Assembly: GCA_037440825.1 (NCBI GenBank)
Contig: JBBITJ010000012.1
Span: 18,971-29,115, forward strand
Reading direction: 5' to 3'
DNA from: Candidatus Micrarchaeota archaeon
GTDB lineage: Archaea > Micrarchaeota > Micrarchaeia > Anstonellales > Bilamarchaeaceae
DNA: 10,145 bases
The notes below the pieces were generated by a model, which saw only the letters and a list, made by a program, of their open reading frames with translations, was not told where the DNA came from and did no database searches. Within the stretch, counting starts at the first letter, position 1. Each line of letters starts with the position of its first letter. The translations under genes and the position numbers were made by a program. Of the stretch, positions 1 to 7,474 are shown in pieces.

Positions 1-9
1 TCTATCTGC

Positions 10-1167
10 TCAGGTAGATGCTCCAAGTAGCAGCATTATCGTCGGCACTATAAGCCCTCCCATTAGCATCGTCCTCTCCACACCCATCCTTATCGTCAGG
101 TAGCCGATTAGGGAAGCGCCTGCAAAGACCGCGAGCCCCATGGGTCCGTCTATAAGGAAAACCACGAGCGCGAGGTAAGCGGCGAGCAATTTATTGAAAT
201 TGGAGAAGTCCAGCCCAGCTAGCGTAGAAATCCTCTTCCGCAAAAGAAATACTGCTATTGCGGCAATCCCTATCCCGAACATGAAATACAAGAGAAGCGC
301 TTGCATGTTCGCGCCTATGTCCAGCACCTGCCCGAGATTGACGATGACTCCGTGCCTCGCCTTGTCTATCGCAGCGCTGCTTGCGAAAGCAAAAACAAAT
401 TGCCCAGCTCCGATAGCAGCAACAGTCGCGAGGTAATTGCCGCTCTCGAACGCCACGAAAAGCGAAGCGAGGGCAGCGACCTGCGCAGGCGAGCTTATCG
501 CAGGAATAAGATTTGCAAGCCCGCCGAGCAGCGCTCCAAAGAGCGCATATTTCCACACTCCTGCTTCCACATTTCCCTCCTTCTGCGCAGGAATTCTACT
601 CTTCCTGTAATTCAATATAGTGCCCATCGCGAAAAACCCGGAAAATAAGGGAAGGAATGCATCATGCACATCCAGCTTGAGCGCATAAGCGCCGAAAAAT
701 CCAGCTCCAAGAAAGATGAGCAGCGCATAAAGCGGATTCTTGGTCCTGAACACGAAAATCGCGGAAGCAATGATGAGGATAGGTGCGATATGCGGCCCCA
801 CAAACCCGTAAGCGAGAGGGTAAAACCGCAGTGCGGCCGGAATAAGGATAAGAGCCGCAATTGATGCGATAAGCACCGAAACGACCGTGGTTTTCAGAGC
901 CACGATTCCCTTCCCTTCGCGCACCATCCTCTGCCCAGGAAGCACGGAAACCGCGCTCTGTTCGTCAGGCACTCCGAAAAATATGGACGGGATGTAGGAA
1001 AATACGATATGCGCTGAATACATGGAGACGATTAGAGCTGCCTTCTTCTCGTATTCCATATTCTGGAGAACAGCAATCGCAGAAATTAGGTTTGGGTGCA
1101 AGCCGGGAACAAGCCCGCTGAGCGCACCAAGAATCAGCCCGATAAGAAAAAACAGAATAAGCTCCAT
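10..1167 (-). CDS. Tripartite tricarboxylate transporter permease, TctA family (archaeal COG1784-like), 385 aa
   Basis: Very hydrophobic. N-terminal 'GALSGLVPGLHPN' and 'IPSIFFGVPD...SVLPGQRMVREGKG' match archaeal TctA motifs, with a second-half repeat 'GGLANLIPAISS'. The ATG abuts the malic enzyme stop, with an SD-like GAGGT upstream. Confidence 0.85.
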   Translation of the reverse strand: MELILFFLIGLILGALSGLVPGLHPNLISAIAVLQNMEYEKKAALIVSMYSAHIVFSYIPSIFFGVPDEQSAVSVLPGQRMVREGKGIVALKTTVVSVLIASIAALILIPAALRFYPLAYGFVGPHIAPILIIASAIFVFRTKNPLYALLIFLGAGFFGAYALKLDVHDAFLPLFSGFFAMGTILNYRKSRIPAQKEGNVEAGVWKYALFGALLGGLANLIPAISSPAQVAALASLFVAFESGNYLATVAAIGAGQFVFAFASSAAIDKARHGVIVNLGQVLDIGANMQALLLYFMFGIGIAAIAVFLLRKRISTLAGLDFSNFNKLLAAYLALVVFLIDGPMGLAVFAGASLIGYLTIRMGVERTMLMGGLIVPTIMLLLGAST

Positions 1168-2385
1168 CTATACCTCACAAATCAGCCTTTCACAGATCTT
1201 CTCCCTTATCTGCTCCTTGGTGAGCTTGAGCTTCGCGACCCCTGTCTCAACCGCTTTCTCTGCGACTGCAGTAGCCACGCTGACCGCAACCGCCCTGTCG
1301 AACGGAAGCGGCACTATGGACGTATCACCGACCACTTTCACGCTGTTCGCAATGGCTTCAGCAGCAGCGACCATCATTTCAATGTTTATTTCTTTCGCGC
1401 GCACGTCCAGCGCTCCTCTCATCACTCCGGGGAACACGAGCACGTTGTTGGTCTGGTTCGGGGTGTCGCTTCTTCCCGTAGCCACAACTTTCGCGCCTGC
1501 ATCCTTGGCCTCCTGGTAGCTTATTTCCGGGACAGGGTTGCTGAGCGCGAATACTATCGCATTAGGAGCCATGCTCTTGACCATCTCGGGAGTTATGGCC
1601 TTGGAGCCCGAAGCCGATGCCGCGATAACTATGTCCGCGCCTTTTATCGCCTCGGCAGCGCTTGCGCCGCCTTTCGCTCTTGGTTTCGAGTTCTTTATGA
1701 ACCACTTTTTGTATTCTTCTATATCCTTCCTGCTGGAATCCAGCACTCCCCGCGAATCCAACACTGTGATGTTCTTCATCCCGTAGGCGAGTATGAGCTC
1801 CATGTTGCCCATCGTGGCTGCCCCTGCCCCGATAAGCACGACGCTTGCGTCCTTCCCCTTCCCTGCAACTTTAAGGGCGTTTATGAGCCCTGCGAGCACC
1901 ACTATTCCGGTTCCGTGCCTGTCGTCGTGGAACACAGGTATATTCATCGTCTTCTTGAGCTCGTCGTAAATTTCGAATACCTTCGGCGTCTCTATGTCCT
2001 CCAGGTTTATCCCTCCGAAAGAGGGCTCGAGCATCTGGGTTATCTTGATTATATCCTCCTTGTTCGTGGTCTTGAGCGAGATTGGGACCGAATCCACACC
2101 CCCGAACTCCTTGAACAGCGCGGCCTTTCCTTCCATGACCGGGATTCCTGCCTCAGGCCCTATATTCCCTAGCCCGAGTATGCGCGTCCCGTCGTTCACC
2201 ACAGCTACGAAATTGTTCTTGAGCGTGTAATCGTAAACAGTCTCAGGTTTGTCCCTGATCTCGAGGCAGACTTTCGCCACTCCGGGCGTGTATGCGAGGG
2301 AAAGGGCTTCTATGCTGTTGAGCGGAACCTTGCAGCTCACCCCTATCTTGCCCCTGTGCTTCTTGTGGAATTCGAGCGGATCCAT
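1168..2385 (-). CDS. NAD(P)-dependent malic enzyme (short prokaryotic type, no PTA fusion), 405 aa
   Basis: Motifs 'LSLAYTPGVA', 'DGTRILGLGNIGPEAGIPVMEGKAALFK', 'FGGINLEDI', 'PVFHDDRHGT', 'GAGAA', 'FALSNPVPEI', 'ATGRSDTPNQTNNVLVFPG'. Confidence 0.95.
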   Translation of the reverse strand: MDPLEFHKKHRGKIGVSCKVPLNSIEALSLAYTPGVAKVCLEIRDKPETVYDYTLKNNFVAVVNDGTRILGLGNIGPEAGIPVMEGKAALFKEFGGVDSVPISLKTTNKEDIIKITQMLEPSFGGINLEDIETPKVFEIYDELKKTMNIPVFHDDRHGTGIVVLAGLINALKVAGKGKDASVVLIGAGAATMGNMELILAYGMKNITVLDSRGVLDSSRKDIEEYKKWFIKNSKPRAKGGASAAEAIKGADIVIAASASGSKAITPEMVKSMAPNAIVFALSNPVPEISYQEAKDAGAKVVATGRSDTPNQTNNVLVFPGVMRGALDVRAKEINIEMMVAAAEAIANSVKVVGDTSIVPLPFDRAVAVSVATAVAEKAVETGVAKLKLTKEQIREKICERLICEV

Positions 2386-2391
2386 GCTATC

Positions 2392-2483
2392 AACCCCTAT
2401 TGATTTTAAGACGTTAACCTATCGCCTTATATAGAGATGGTTTTAAAATCATTAATAGGGTTTTTACGTTGATTGTCTGGTGA
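2392..2483. promoter_or_regulatory. Divergent AT-rich promoter region between malic enzyme and rtcB
   Basis: TATA-like CTTATATA (2426-2433) and TTTTAAAA (2441-2448). SD-like GGTGA (2479-2483) precedes the rtcB ATG at 2489. An imperfect inverted repeat spans the region. Confidence 0.55.
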
Positions 2484-2488
2484 ATTTT

Positions 2489-5410
2489 ATGAACATCAAG
2501 CAGGTAGGCGAAGCCATCTGGGAAATCGAGAAAGAAGGGACGATGAAGGTTCCTGCATATATCTTCGGCACGCAGAAAGTCATGGAGAAGATGAAGACGG
2601 ACCGCACGCTCCTTCAATTGCAGAACGTCGCGTCCCTGGAAGGGATAGTTGAGCGCGCGATGGTGATGCCTGACGGCCACGAAGGATACGGATTTCCCAT
2701 AGGAGGAGTCGCGGCTTTCGATGCCGAAGAAGGGGTGATTTCTCCCGGAGGGATCGGCTACGACATCAACTGCTTGCCGGGCGACGCAAAAATTTTGGAC
2801 GAGTTCGGGGCGATTAAGGAAATACAATCTTACTATAACGAAACGCACCTGGTGCAAAACGACGGCAAAATTGTCCTTGCCGGCCTTAGCAATGCAAACC
2901 TGGTTTCGCTTTCAGCAAATAAAATTGGCATCTCCAAAGCGCCGTACATAATGCGCAAAACAGAATCCGGGCAGATATACCAGATAAGGCTTGCTTCAGG
3001 CCAAGTGCTTAGGGCCACCGGCGAGCACCCCGTTCTTACCAGAAACGGAATGGTTCCGGCGAAAGAGCTGAAAATTGGAGATGAAGTCGGCGTGTTATTT
3101 TTCGAAGGCGTAGAGCACGAACCGCCTTCAGATGAGATTATTTTTGACGGTTCCGGGATGAGCAGAGAAATACAGAAGGAATTGATAGGTCGGAACCTGC
3201 TTCCATTGACCGCAGATCATCCGCAGCTGCCGCGGCTTGCCCGCCTTGCAGGGTATATTTTCGGGGACGGTTCAATTCACGAAAGCGACGGCAGGATGCA
3301 CGTAAGCGCATTCGGGAAAAAAGATGATCTGGAAAAGGTAAAGAGGGATATAGAAGCGTTGGGTTTCTCTGCAAAAATATACAGGCGCGTGAGGGCCAGT
3401 AAAATAGAAACGCAGTATGGAGCAAGGGAGTTTCAGTCCGATTCGGCTGAATTGCACACATCAAGCAGGGCGTTCGCCCAACTGATGGCAGCGCTCGGGG
3501 TTCCAACCGGCAAAAAAACAAGCCAAAATTTCGAGGTACCGCGCTGGATAAGGAAAAGCAGGAAATGGGTGAAGAGGCTCTTCCTTGCAGCGTTTTTTGG
3601 CGCGGAAATGTCTGCACCCAATACGCTTTCAAAAACCTCGTTCTATTCTGCAGTCGTTGGACAGAATAAGAACAAGGAATGCGTTGAAAGCGCCAGATTG
3701 TTCATGCTCCAGATTGCCGAGATGCTTTATGAGTTCGGCATAAAGAGCAGTGAAATCAGTGTAAGGGATGAACACAGGAACAGGAAAGGGGAAACTGTAC
3801 GCCTGCGCCTCATGATTTCAGGTGAAGAGAATCTCATCAAGCTCTGGAAGAAGATAGGGTTTGAGTATAATGAAAAAAGGAGCAGGCTCGCAGAGGTTGC
3901 ATGCGCATACATACACGCGAAGAACCGCGTGCAAAAACAGAGAAGCGCCTTGGCGAAAAAGGTTCAGGAATACAAAAAACAGGGGTTCATGCTCAAAGAG
4001 ATCCAGAAAATGTTTGTTTCCGAGATTGCGAACGCCCGTTTTATAGAACGCGCTTATTACGAAGGCAGCGAACCGAGGATTACGCTTTCCTTCAAATCTT
4101 TTAAGGCTTTTTCAGAAACGAAACTGGGCGAGATAGCTGCGAACGGCGTCCTATTTGAAAAAATCGAATCGATAGAAACCGAATCGTTCAACGGATACGT
4201 ATTCGATTTCAATGTGGAGGAAACCCACAACTTCGTTGCGAACGGAATCGTGGTCTCGAACTGCGGCGTGCGCCTCGTAAGAACCGGACTCACTGTTGAC
4301 CAGGTGAAGCCGAAAATCAAGCAGCTCGCAGACAAGCTGTTCGTCAACGTCCCTTCAGGAGTGGGGAGCGAGGGAAAGCTCAGGCTCCAGCACTCGGAAT
4401 TGGACAAGGTCGCGATCGGAGGCACGGAATGGGCAGTTGACAACGGCTATGGATGGAAGGAGGATCTGGAGCGCACCGAGGAGTATGGGAGGATGGAGGG
4501 CGCGGACCCATCTAAAGTAACGCCTTCGGCGAAAGCGAGGGGGAAATCCCAATTGGGGACCCTGGGCGCAGGCAACCACTTCCTCGAAATCCAGAAAGTG
4601 GAGAAGATAATGAACGAGAGCGCAGCCAAATCCTTCGGGCTCGCGGAGAACGAGGTCGTGGTGATGATACACTGCGGCTCCCGCGGCTACGGGCACCAGA
4701 TATGCACAGATAATTTAGGTTCGATGCTCAACCTCGCGAACAAGATGAACCTGTGGCTTCCGGACAGGGAGCTCGTGTATGCGCCGATAAAATCCAAGGA
4801 GGCGCAGGACTACCTCGCGGGCATGAAATGCGCAGTCAATTTCGCGTTCGCGAACAGGCAGCTCATAATGCACTGGGTAAGGCAGACGTTTGATGAAGTT
4901 ATGGGAAAAGGGACGAGCGAGCAGATGAACCTCATCTACGACGTTGCCCACAACATAGCGAAAGTTGAGGAGCACGAAGTAGGGGGGAAGAGGAGGAAGC
5001 TGATGGTGCACAGGAAAGGCGCCACGCGCGCGTTCCACGCAGGTCGCCCGGAGCTTCCGCCTATTTACAGGAACGTGGGGCAGCCCGTAATAATTCCGGG
5101 TTCCATGGGCACTGCAAGCTACGTGCTCGTGGGGAATCCCAAAGGCGAATTCACCTGGGGAACCACCTGCCACGGCTCAGGAAGGGTGATGAGCAGGGGG
5201 GAGGCGATAAGGACGCACGACCCGAACAAGATTGTGAAGGACCTCGCGGAGCGCGAAGGGGTGTACATACGCGCAACGGACAAGAAAGTGATTTCAGAGG
5301 AGGCGCCGGACGCGTACAAGAATGTGGATGACGTGGTCGCGAGCGTGGCTTCCGCAGGCATCTCCGACATAGTGGCGAGGGTGAAGCCGCTCGCGGTCGT
5401 GAAGGGATAG
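2489..5410 (+). CDS. rtcB: RNA-splicing ligase RtcB precursor containing an intein (973 aa precursor, about 476 aa mature)
   Basis: 'MPDGHEGYGFPIGGVAA', 'ISPGGIGYDIN|CGVRL', 'QLGTLGAGNHFLEIQ', 'HCGSRG', 'YDVAHNIAK', 'HRKGATRA', 'IPGSMG', 'CHGSGR', 'EEAPDAYK', C-terminal 'VVKG'. ATG 2489 is preferred over GTG 2480 because GGTGA sits at SD spacing. Confidence 0.97.
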   Translation: MNIKQVGEAIWEIEKEGTMKVPAYIFGTQKVMEKMKTDRTLLQLQNVASLEGIVERAMVMPDGHEGYGFPIGGVAAFDAEEGVISPGGIGYDINCLPGDAKILDEFGAIKEIQSYYNETHLVQNDGKIVLAGLSNANLVSLSANKIGISKAPYIMRKTESGQIYQIRLASGQVLRATGEHPVLTRNGMVPAKELKIGDEVGVLFFEGVEHEPPSDEIIFDGSGMSREIQKELIGRNLLPLTADHPQLPRLARLAGYIFGDGSIHESDGRMHVSAFGKKDDLEKVKRDIEALGFSAKIYRRVRASKIETQYGAREFQSDSAELHTSSRAFAQLMAALGVPTGKKTSQNFEVPRWIRKSRKWVKRLFLAAFFGAEMSAPNTLSKTSFYSAVVGQNKNKECVESARLFMLQIAEMLYEFGIKSSEISVRDEHRNRKGETVRLRLMISGEENLIKLWKKIGFEYNEKRSRLAEVACAYIHAKNRVQKQRSALAKKVQEYKKQGFMLKEIQKMFVSEIANARFIERAYYEGSEPRITLSFKSFKAFSETKLGEIAANGVLFEKIESIETESFNGYVFDFNVEETHNFVANGIVVSNCGVRLVRTGLTVDQVKPKIKQLADKLFVNVPSGVGSEGKLRLQHSELDKVAIGGTEWAVDNGYGWKEDLERTEEYGRMEGADPSKVTPSAKARGKSQLGTLGAGNHFLEIQKVEKIMNESAAKSFGLAENEVVVMIHCGSRGYGHQICTDNLGSMLNLANKMNLWLPDRELVYAPIKSKEAQDYLAGMKCAVNFAFANRQLIMHWVRQTFDEVMGKGTSEQMNLIYDVAHNIAKVEEHEVGGKRRKLMVHRKGATRAFHAGRPELPPIYRNVGQPVIIPGSMGTASYVLVGNPKGEFTWGTTCHGSGRVMSRGEAIRTHDPNKIVKDLAEREGVYIRATDKKVISEEAPDAYKNVDDVVASVASAGISDIVARVKPLAVVKG
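2771..4261 (+). mobile_element. Intein with LAGLIDADG (DOD) homing endonuclease inside rtcB, 497 aa
   Basis: Block A 'CLPGDAKIL' follows GYDIN. Block B 'LRATGEHPVLT' (TxxH at 3017-3028). Endonuclease motifs 'LAGYIFGDG' (3245-3271) and 'FLAAFFGAE' (3581-3607). Blocks F/G 'YVFDFNVEETHNFVANGIVVSN' are followed by Cys+1. Removing it restores GYDINCGVRL. Confidence 0.96.
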
Positions 5411-5426
5411 TTTTTATTTTTTTGTT
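5411..5426 (+). terminator. Oligo-T archaeal terminator candidate for rtcB
   Basis: TTTTTATTTTTTTGTT immediately after the TAG stop. Confidence 0.55.
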
Positions 5427-5430
5427 CCAG

Positions 5431-5786
5431 CTTTCGAAAGCGTTCGAAAAGCCGGGAAGCGGTTTGCCCAGTTCTCCCTGGTGGCGCACGGCCTGAATTT
5501 CATAGTCCTCTTCTATTACGTAGTGGTGACAGGCTGGACGCTAGCCTACCTTCTTTCATCAATAACCGGGCAATACCTCCCGCTTGGCTTCCCGGTGCTG
5601 GATTTCCTCGACGGCGAATTGGTCGCGCTCATGCTCGTCCTGGTCTTCGCCTAAGGGTGGAATGATTTCGAGAAAGCTTCTGGGAAAGTCGTGCCCGCAC
5701 CACTCCTAGCCCCGTACGTGTTCCTTATATGTTTCTTCGTGCCTGCGGTGCTGCTCGCCTTCTCCATCGCCAGCATATTCTCGTGA
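5431..5786 (+). pseudogene. Remnant of a sodium-dependent transporter (NSS/SNF/SLC6 family)
   Basis: Manual translation from 5451: AGKRFAQFSLVAHGLNFIVLFYYVVVTGWTLAYLLSSITGQYLPLGFPVLDFLDGELVALMLVLVFA*GWNDFEKASGKVVPAPLLAPYVFLICFFVPAVLLAFSIASIFS*. 'YYVVVTGWTLAY' is the NSS TM3 signature, and 'LDFLD...FA*GW...FFVP' resembles the C-terminal helices. The 5' end is missing, there is an internal TAA at 5652-5654, and a likely frameshift near 5447-5450. Confidence 0.78.
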
Positions 5787-5792
5787 AATTGC

Positions 5793-5806
5793 ACAAAAGT
5801 TATAAA
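5793..5806 (+). promoter_or_regulatory. BRE/TATA promoter for the antiporter (probably leaderless mRNA)
   Basis: Purine-rich ACAAAAG followed by TTATAAA (5800-5806), ending 21 nt before ATG 5828. No clear SD. Confidence 0.6.
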
Positions 5807-5827
5807 CGTTCGGCGTGAACTGGGTTC

Positions 5828-7114
5828 ATGTTCGAGGCATTCTTCATACTGGGGCTCACTATAATCGTCGGCTATGTAGCCCTCTTCATCGCGGACAGAT
5901 ACAAGATATCGCAGGTCATACTCCTGATGCTGTTCGGCTTCGTGCTCGGGCCGCTTACAGGGGTGGTGGATACGGGGGAAGGGTCCCTGATGCGTGCCAT
6001 CTACCCGTTCATGGCCGTGCTTGCGCTCATAATTCTCCTGTTCGACGGCGGGCTTTCATTCAACATCTTCAACGTGTTCAAGGCGCTCACGAAATCCACA
6101 ATCTTCACCTTCCTCGTCTTCCTCCTGAACATGCTGTTCGCGCTCATCATCGTCCCGATAACCGGGCTCAGGATAATAGAGGCGCTGATGCTGGGGGCGG
6201 TGCTCGGAGGCACTTCATCCGCGATTGTGATAGCGATGGCGGAGAAGACTGGCGCCAGCCAGGAAACCAAGTCCCTGCTGACGATAGAATCCACGCTCAC
6301 CGACAGCCTCGTCATAATCTTCGTTTTCATCCTCATCCAGGCTATGGGCACGCTGGATTTCAGCCTGGGCTCTTTCGCGAACTCCCTCCTGAGCACGTTC
6401 TCTATCTCCATAATACTGGGCACAGTAGGAGCATTTGGGTGGAACTTCGCGCTCCAGCGCCTCACCAAATATGGCCTTGACTACATGCTCACAGTAGCCG
6501 CCCTCTTCATCCTCTATTCGCTCACCGAGGCTGTTGAGGCGAACGGCGCGCTCGCGGTTTTCGTGTTCGGGCTGGTTTTCGGCAACATGAAGAACATCCC
6601 ATCCTCCTTCTTTTCGGTGTCCAAGTACAGGATGGACGAGAAGATAAAGGACTTCCAGAGCGAAGTGACGTTCTTCACCCGCACGTTCTTCTTCGCATAC
6701 ATCGGGATGCTTTTCCCGCTCCAGAGCATCACTTCGGACACCGTGGCAGTCAGCGTGCTGCTCACATCCCTGCTAATCGTGGCCAGATACCTGGGCGACC
6801 GCTTCGTGCTCAGGGGCGACGAGACGTACGAGAGGGAGCTTATAATCCCGATGCTGCCCAGGGGCCTCGCGGCCGCGGTCGTAGTCGGCATCCTCATAAG
6901 CAACGGCGTATTCATCCCGCATATGGAGGAGGTCGTTTTCATGGTTATATTCCTCACGAACATAATCGCAACCTTCGCGGTCTACGCTTACCACAACGGA
7001 AAGAAGCACGAGCCTGCAGTCCCTGAGGAAGGCGAGGAAAAGGAGGAAAAGAAGCCTGAGAAGGAAGCCCATGAATCGGAGCGCAAAGGAAAAGGAGGCG
7101 TGGCACGCCATTAG
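5828..7114 (+). CDS. Cation:proton antiporter (CPA family, NhaP-like), 428 aa
   Basis: About 12-13 hydrophobic segments; 'LLMLFGFVLGP', 'LIILLFDGG', 'GAVLGGTSSAIV', 'LLTIESTLTD', 'ANGALAVFVFGL', 'FFFAYIG', 'PRGLAAAVV'; charged C-terminal tail. Confidence 0.9.
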   Translation: MFEAFFILGLTIIVGYVALFIADRYKISQVILLMLFGFVLGPLTGVVDTGEGSLMRAIYPFMAVLALIILLFDGGLSFNIFNVFKALTKSTIFTFLVFLLNMLFALIIVPITGLRIIEALMLGAVLGGTSSAIVIAMAEKTGASQETKSLLTIESTLTDSLVIIFVFILIQAMGTLDFSLGSFANSLLSTFSISIILGTVGAFGWNFALQRLTKYGLDYMLTVAALFILYSLTEAVEANGALAVFVFGLVFGNMKNIPSSFFSVSKYRMDEKIKDFQSEVTFFTRTFFFAYIGMLFPLQSITSDTVAVSVLLTSLLIVARYLGDRFVLRGDETYERELIIPMLPRGLAAAVVVGILISNGVFIPHMEEVVFMVIFLTNIIATFAVYAYHNGKKHEPAVPEEGEEKEEKKPEKEAHESERKGKGGVARH

Positions 7115-7457
7115 CGCCGATAAGGCGCTCTCAGCCCTCGAAACCCCTCCGAAAGGGCTTTCAGAGGATGAGGCAGAGCGCAGGCTGCGGCATTACGGCC
7201 TGAACGAGCTGAAGGAGAGCAGGCGCAAGACCGTGCTGGACGTGTTCGTGAGCCAGTTCAGGAGCCTCGTGGTGCTCATCCTGCTCGGAGCAGCCGCGAT
7301 GTCCCTTTATATTGGGGAGGAGCTGAATGCGATAATGAAGACGACTCCGCTTACCCCTATGGACTGGCTCGCGATAGCAGCAGTCTCATCCACAATATTC
7401 ATAGCATTCGAGATCCTGAAATTCGCAGAAAGGAGGGGTTTGAGCGTCCTTTCCTGA
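7071..7457 (+). pseudogene. Internally deleted type II (Ca2+/cation) P-type ATPase: N-terminal domain plus TM1 fused in frame to the last TM helix, 128-aa open ORF
   Basis: 'WHAISADKALSALETPPKGLSEDEAERRLRHYGLNEL...FVSQFRSLVVLILLGAAAMSLYIGE' is a typical cation-ATPase N-terminus. 'LNAIMKTTPLTPMDWLAIAAVSSTIFIAFEILKF' is a typical extreme C-terminus. TGES, DKTGT and GDGxND are all absent. Confidence 0.85.
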
Positions 7458-7474
7458 AAAATTCCCGCGGACCA

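Noticed and set aside
1096..2172. 358-aa + strand ORF
   Set aside because: Antisense shadow of the malic enzyme gene, with His/Arg-rich composition and no recognisable motifs.
5431..5449. Palindrome CTTTCGAAAG plus a second TTCGAA
   Set aside because: Short and explainable as NSS remnant coding sequence (LSKAFEK). There is no independent support for an operator or terminator hairpin.
5652..5654. Possible stop-codon recoding in the NSS-like frame
   Set aside because: The stop is TAA rather than TGA/TAG, and the gene has other lesions, so decay is the simpler explanation.
5816..5828. Small hairpin TGAAC-TGG-GTTCA at the antiporter start
   Set aside because: A 5-bp stem is expected by chance and lies partly upstream of the likely transcription start.
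5815..6480. 221-aa alternative-frame ORF over the antiporter
   Set aside because: Arg/His/Pro-rich off-frame by-product of GC3-biased hydrophobic codons.
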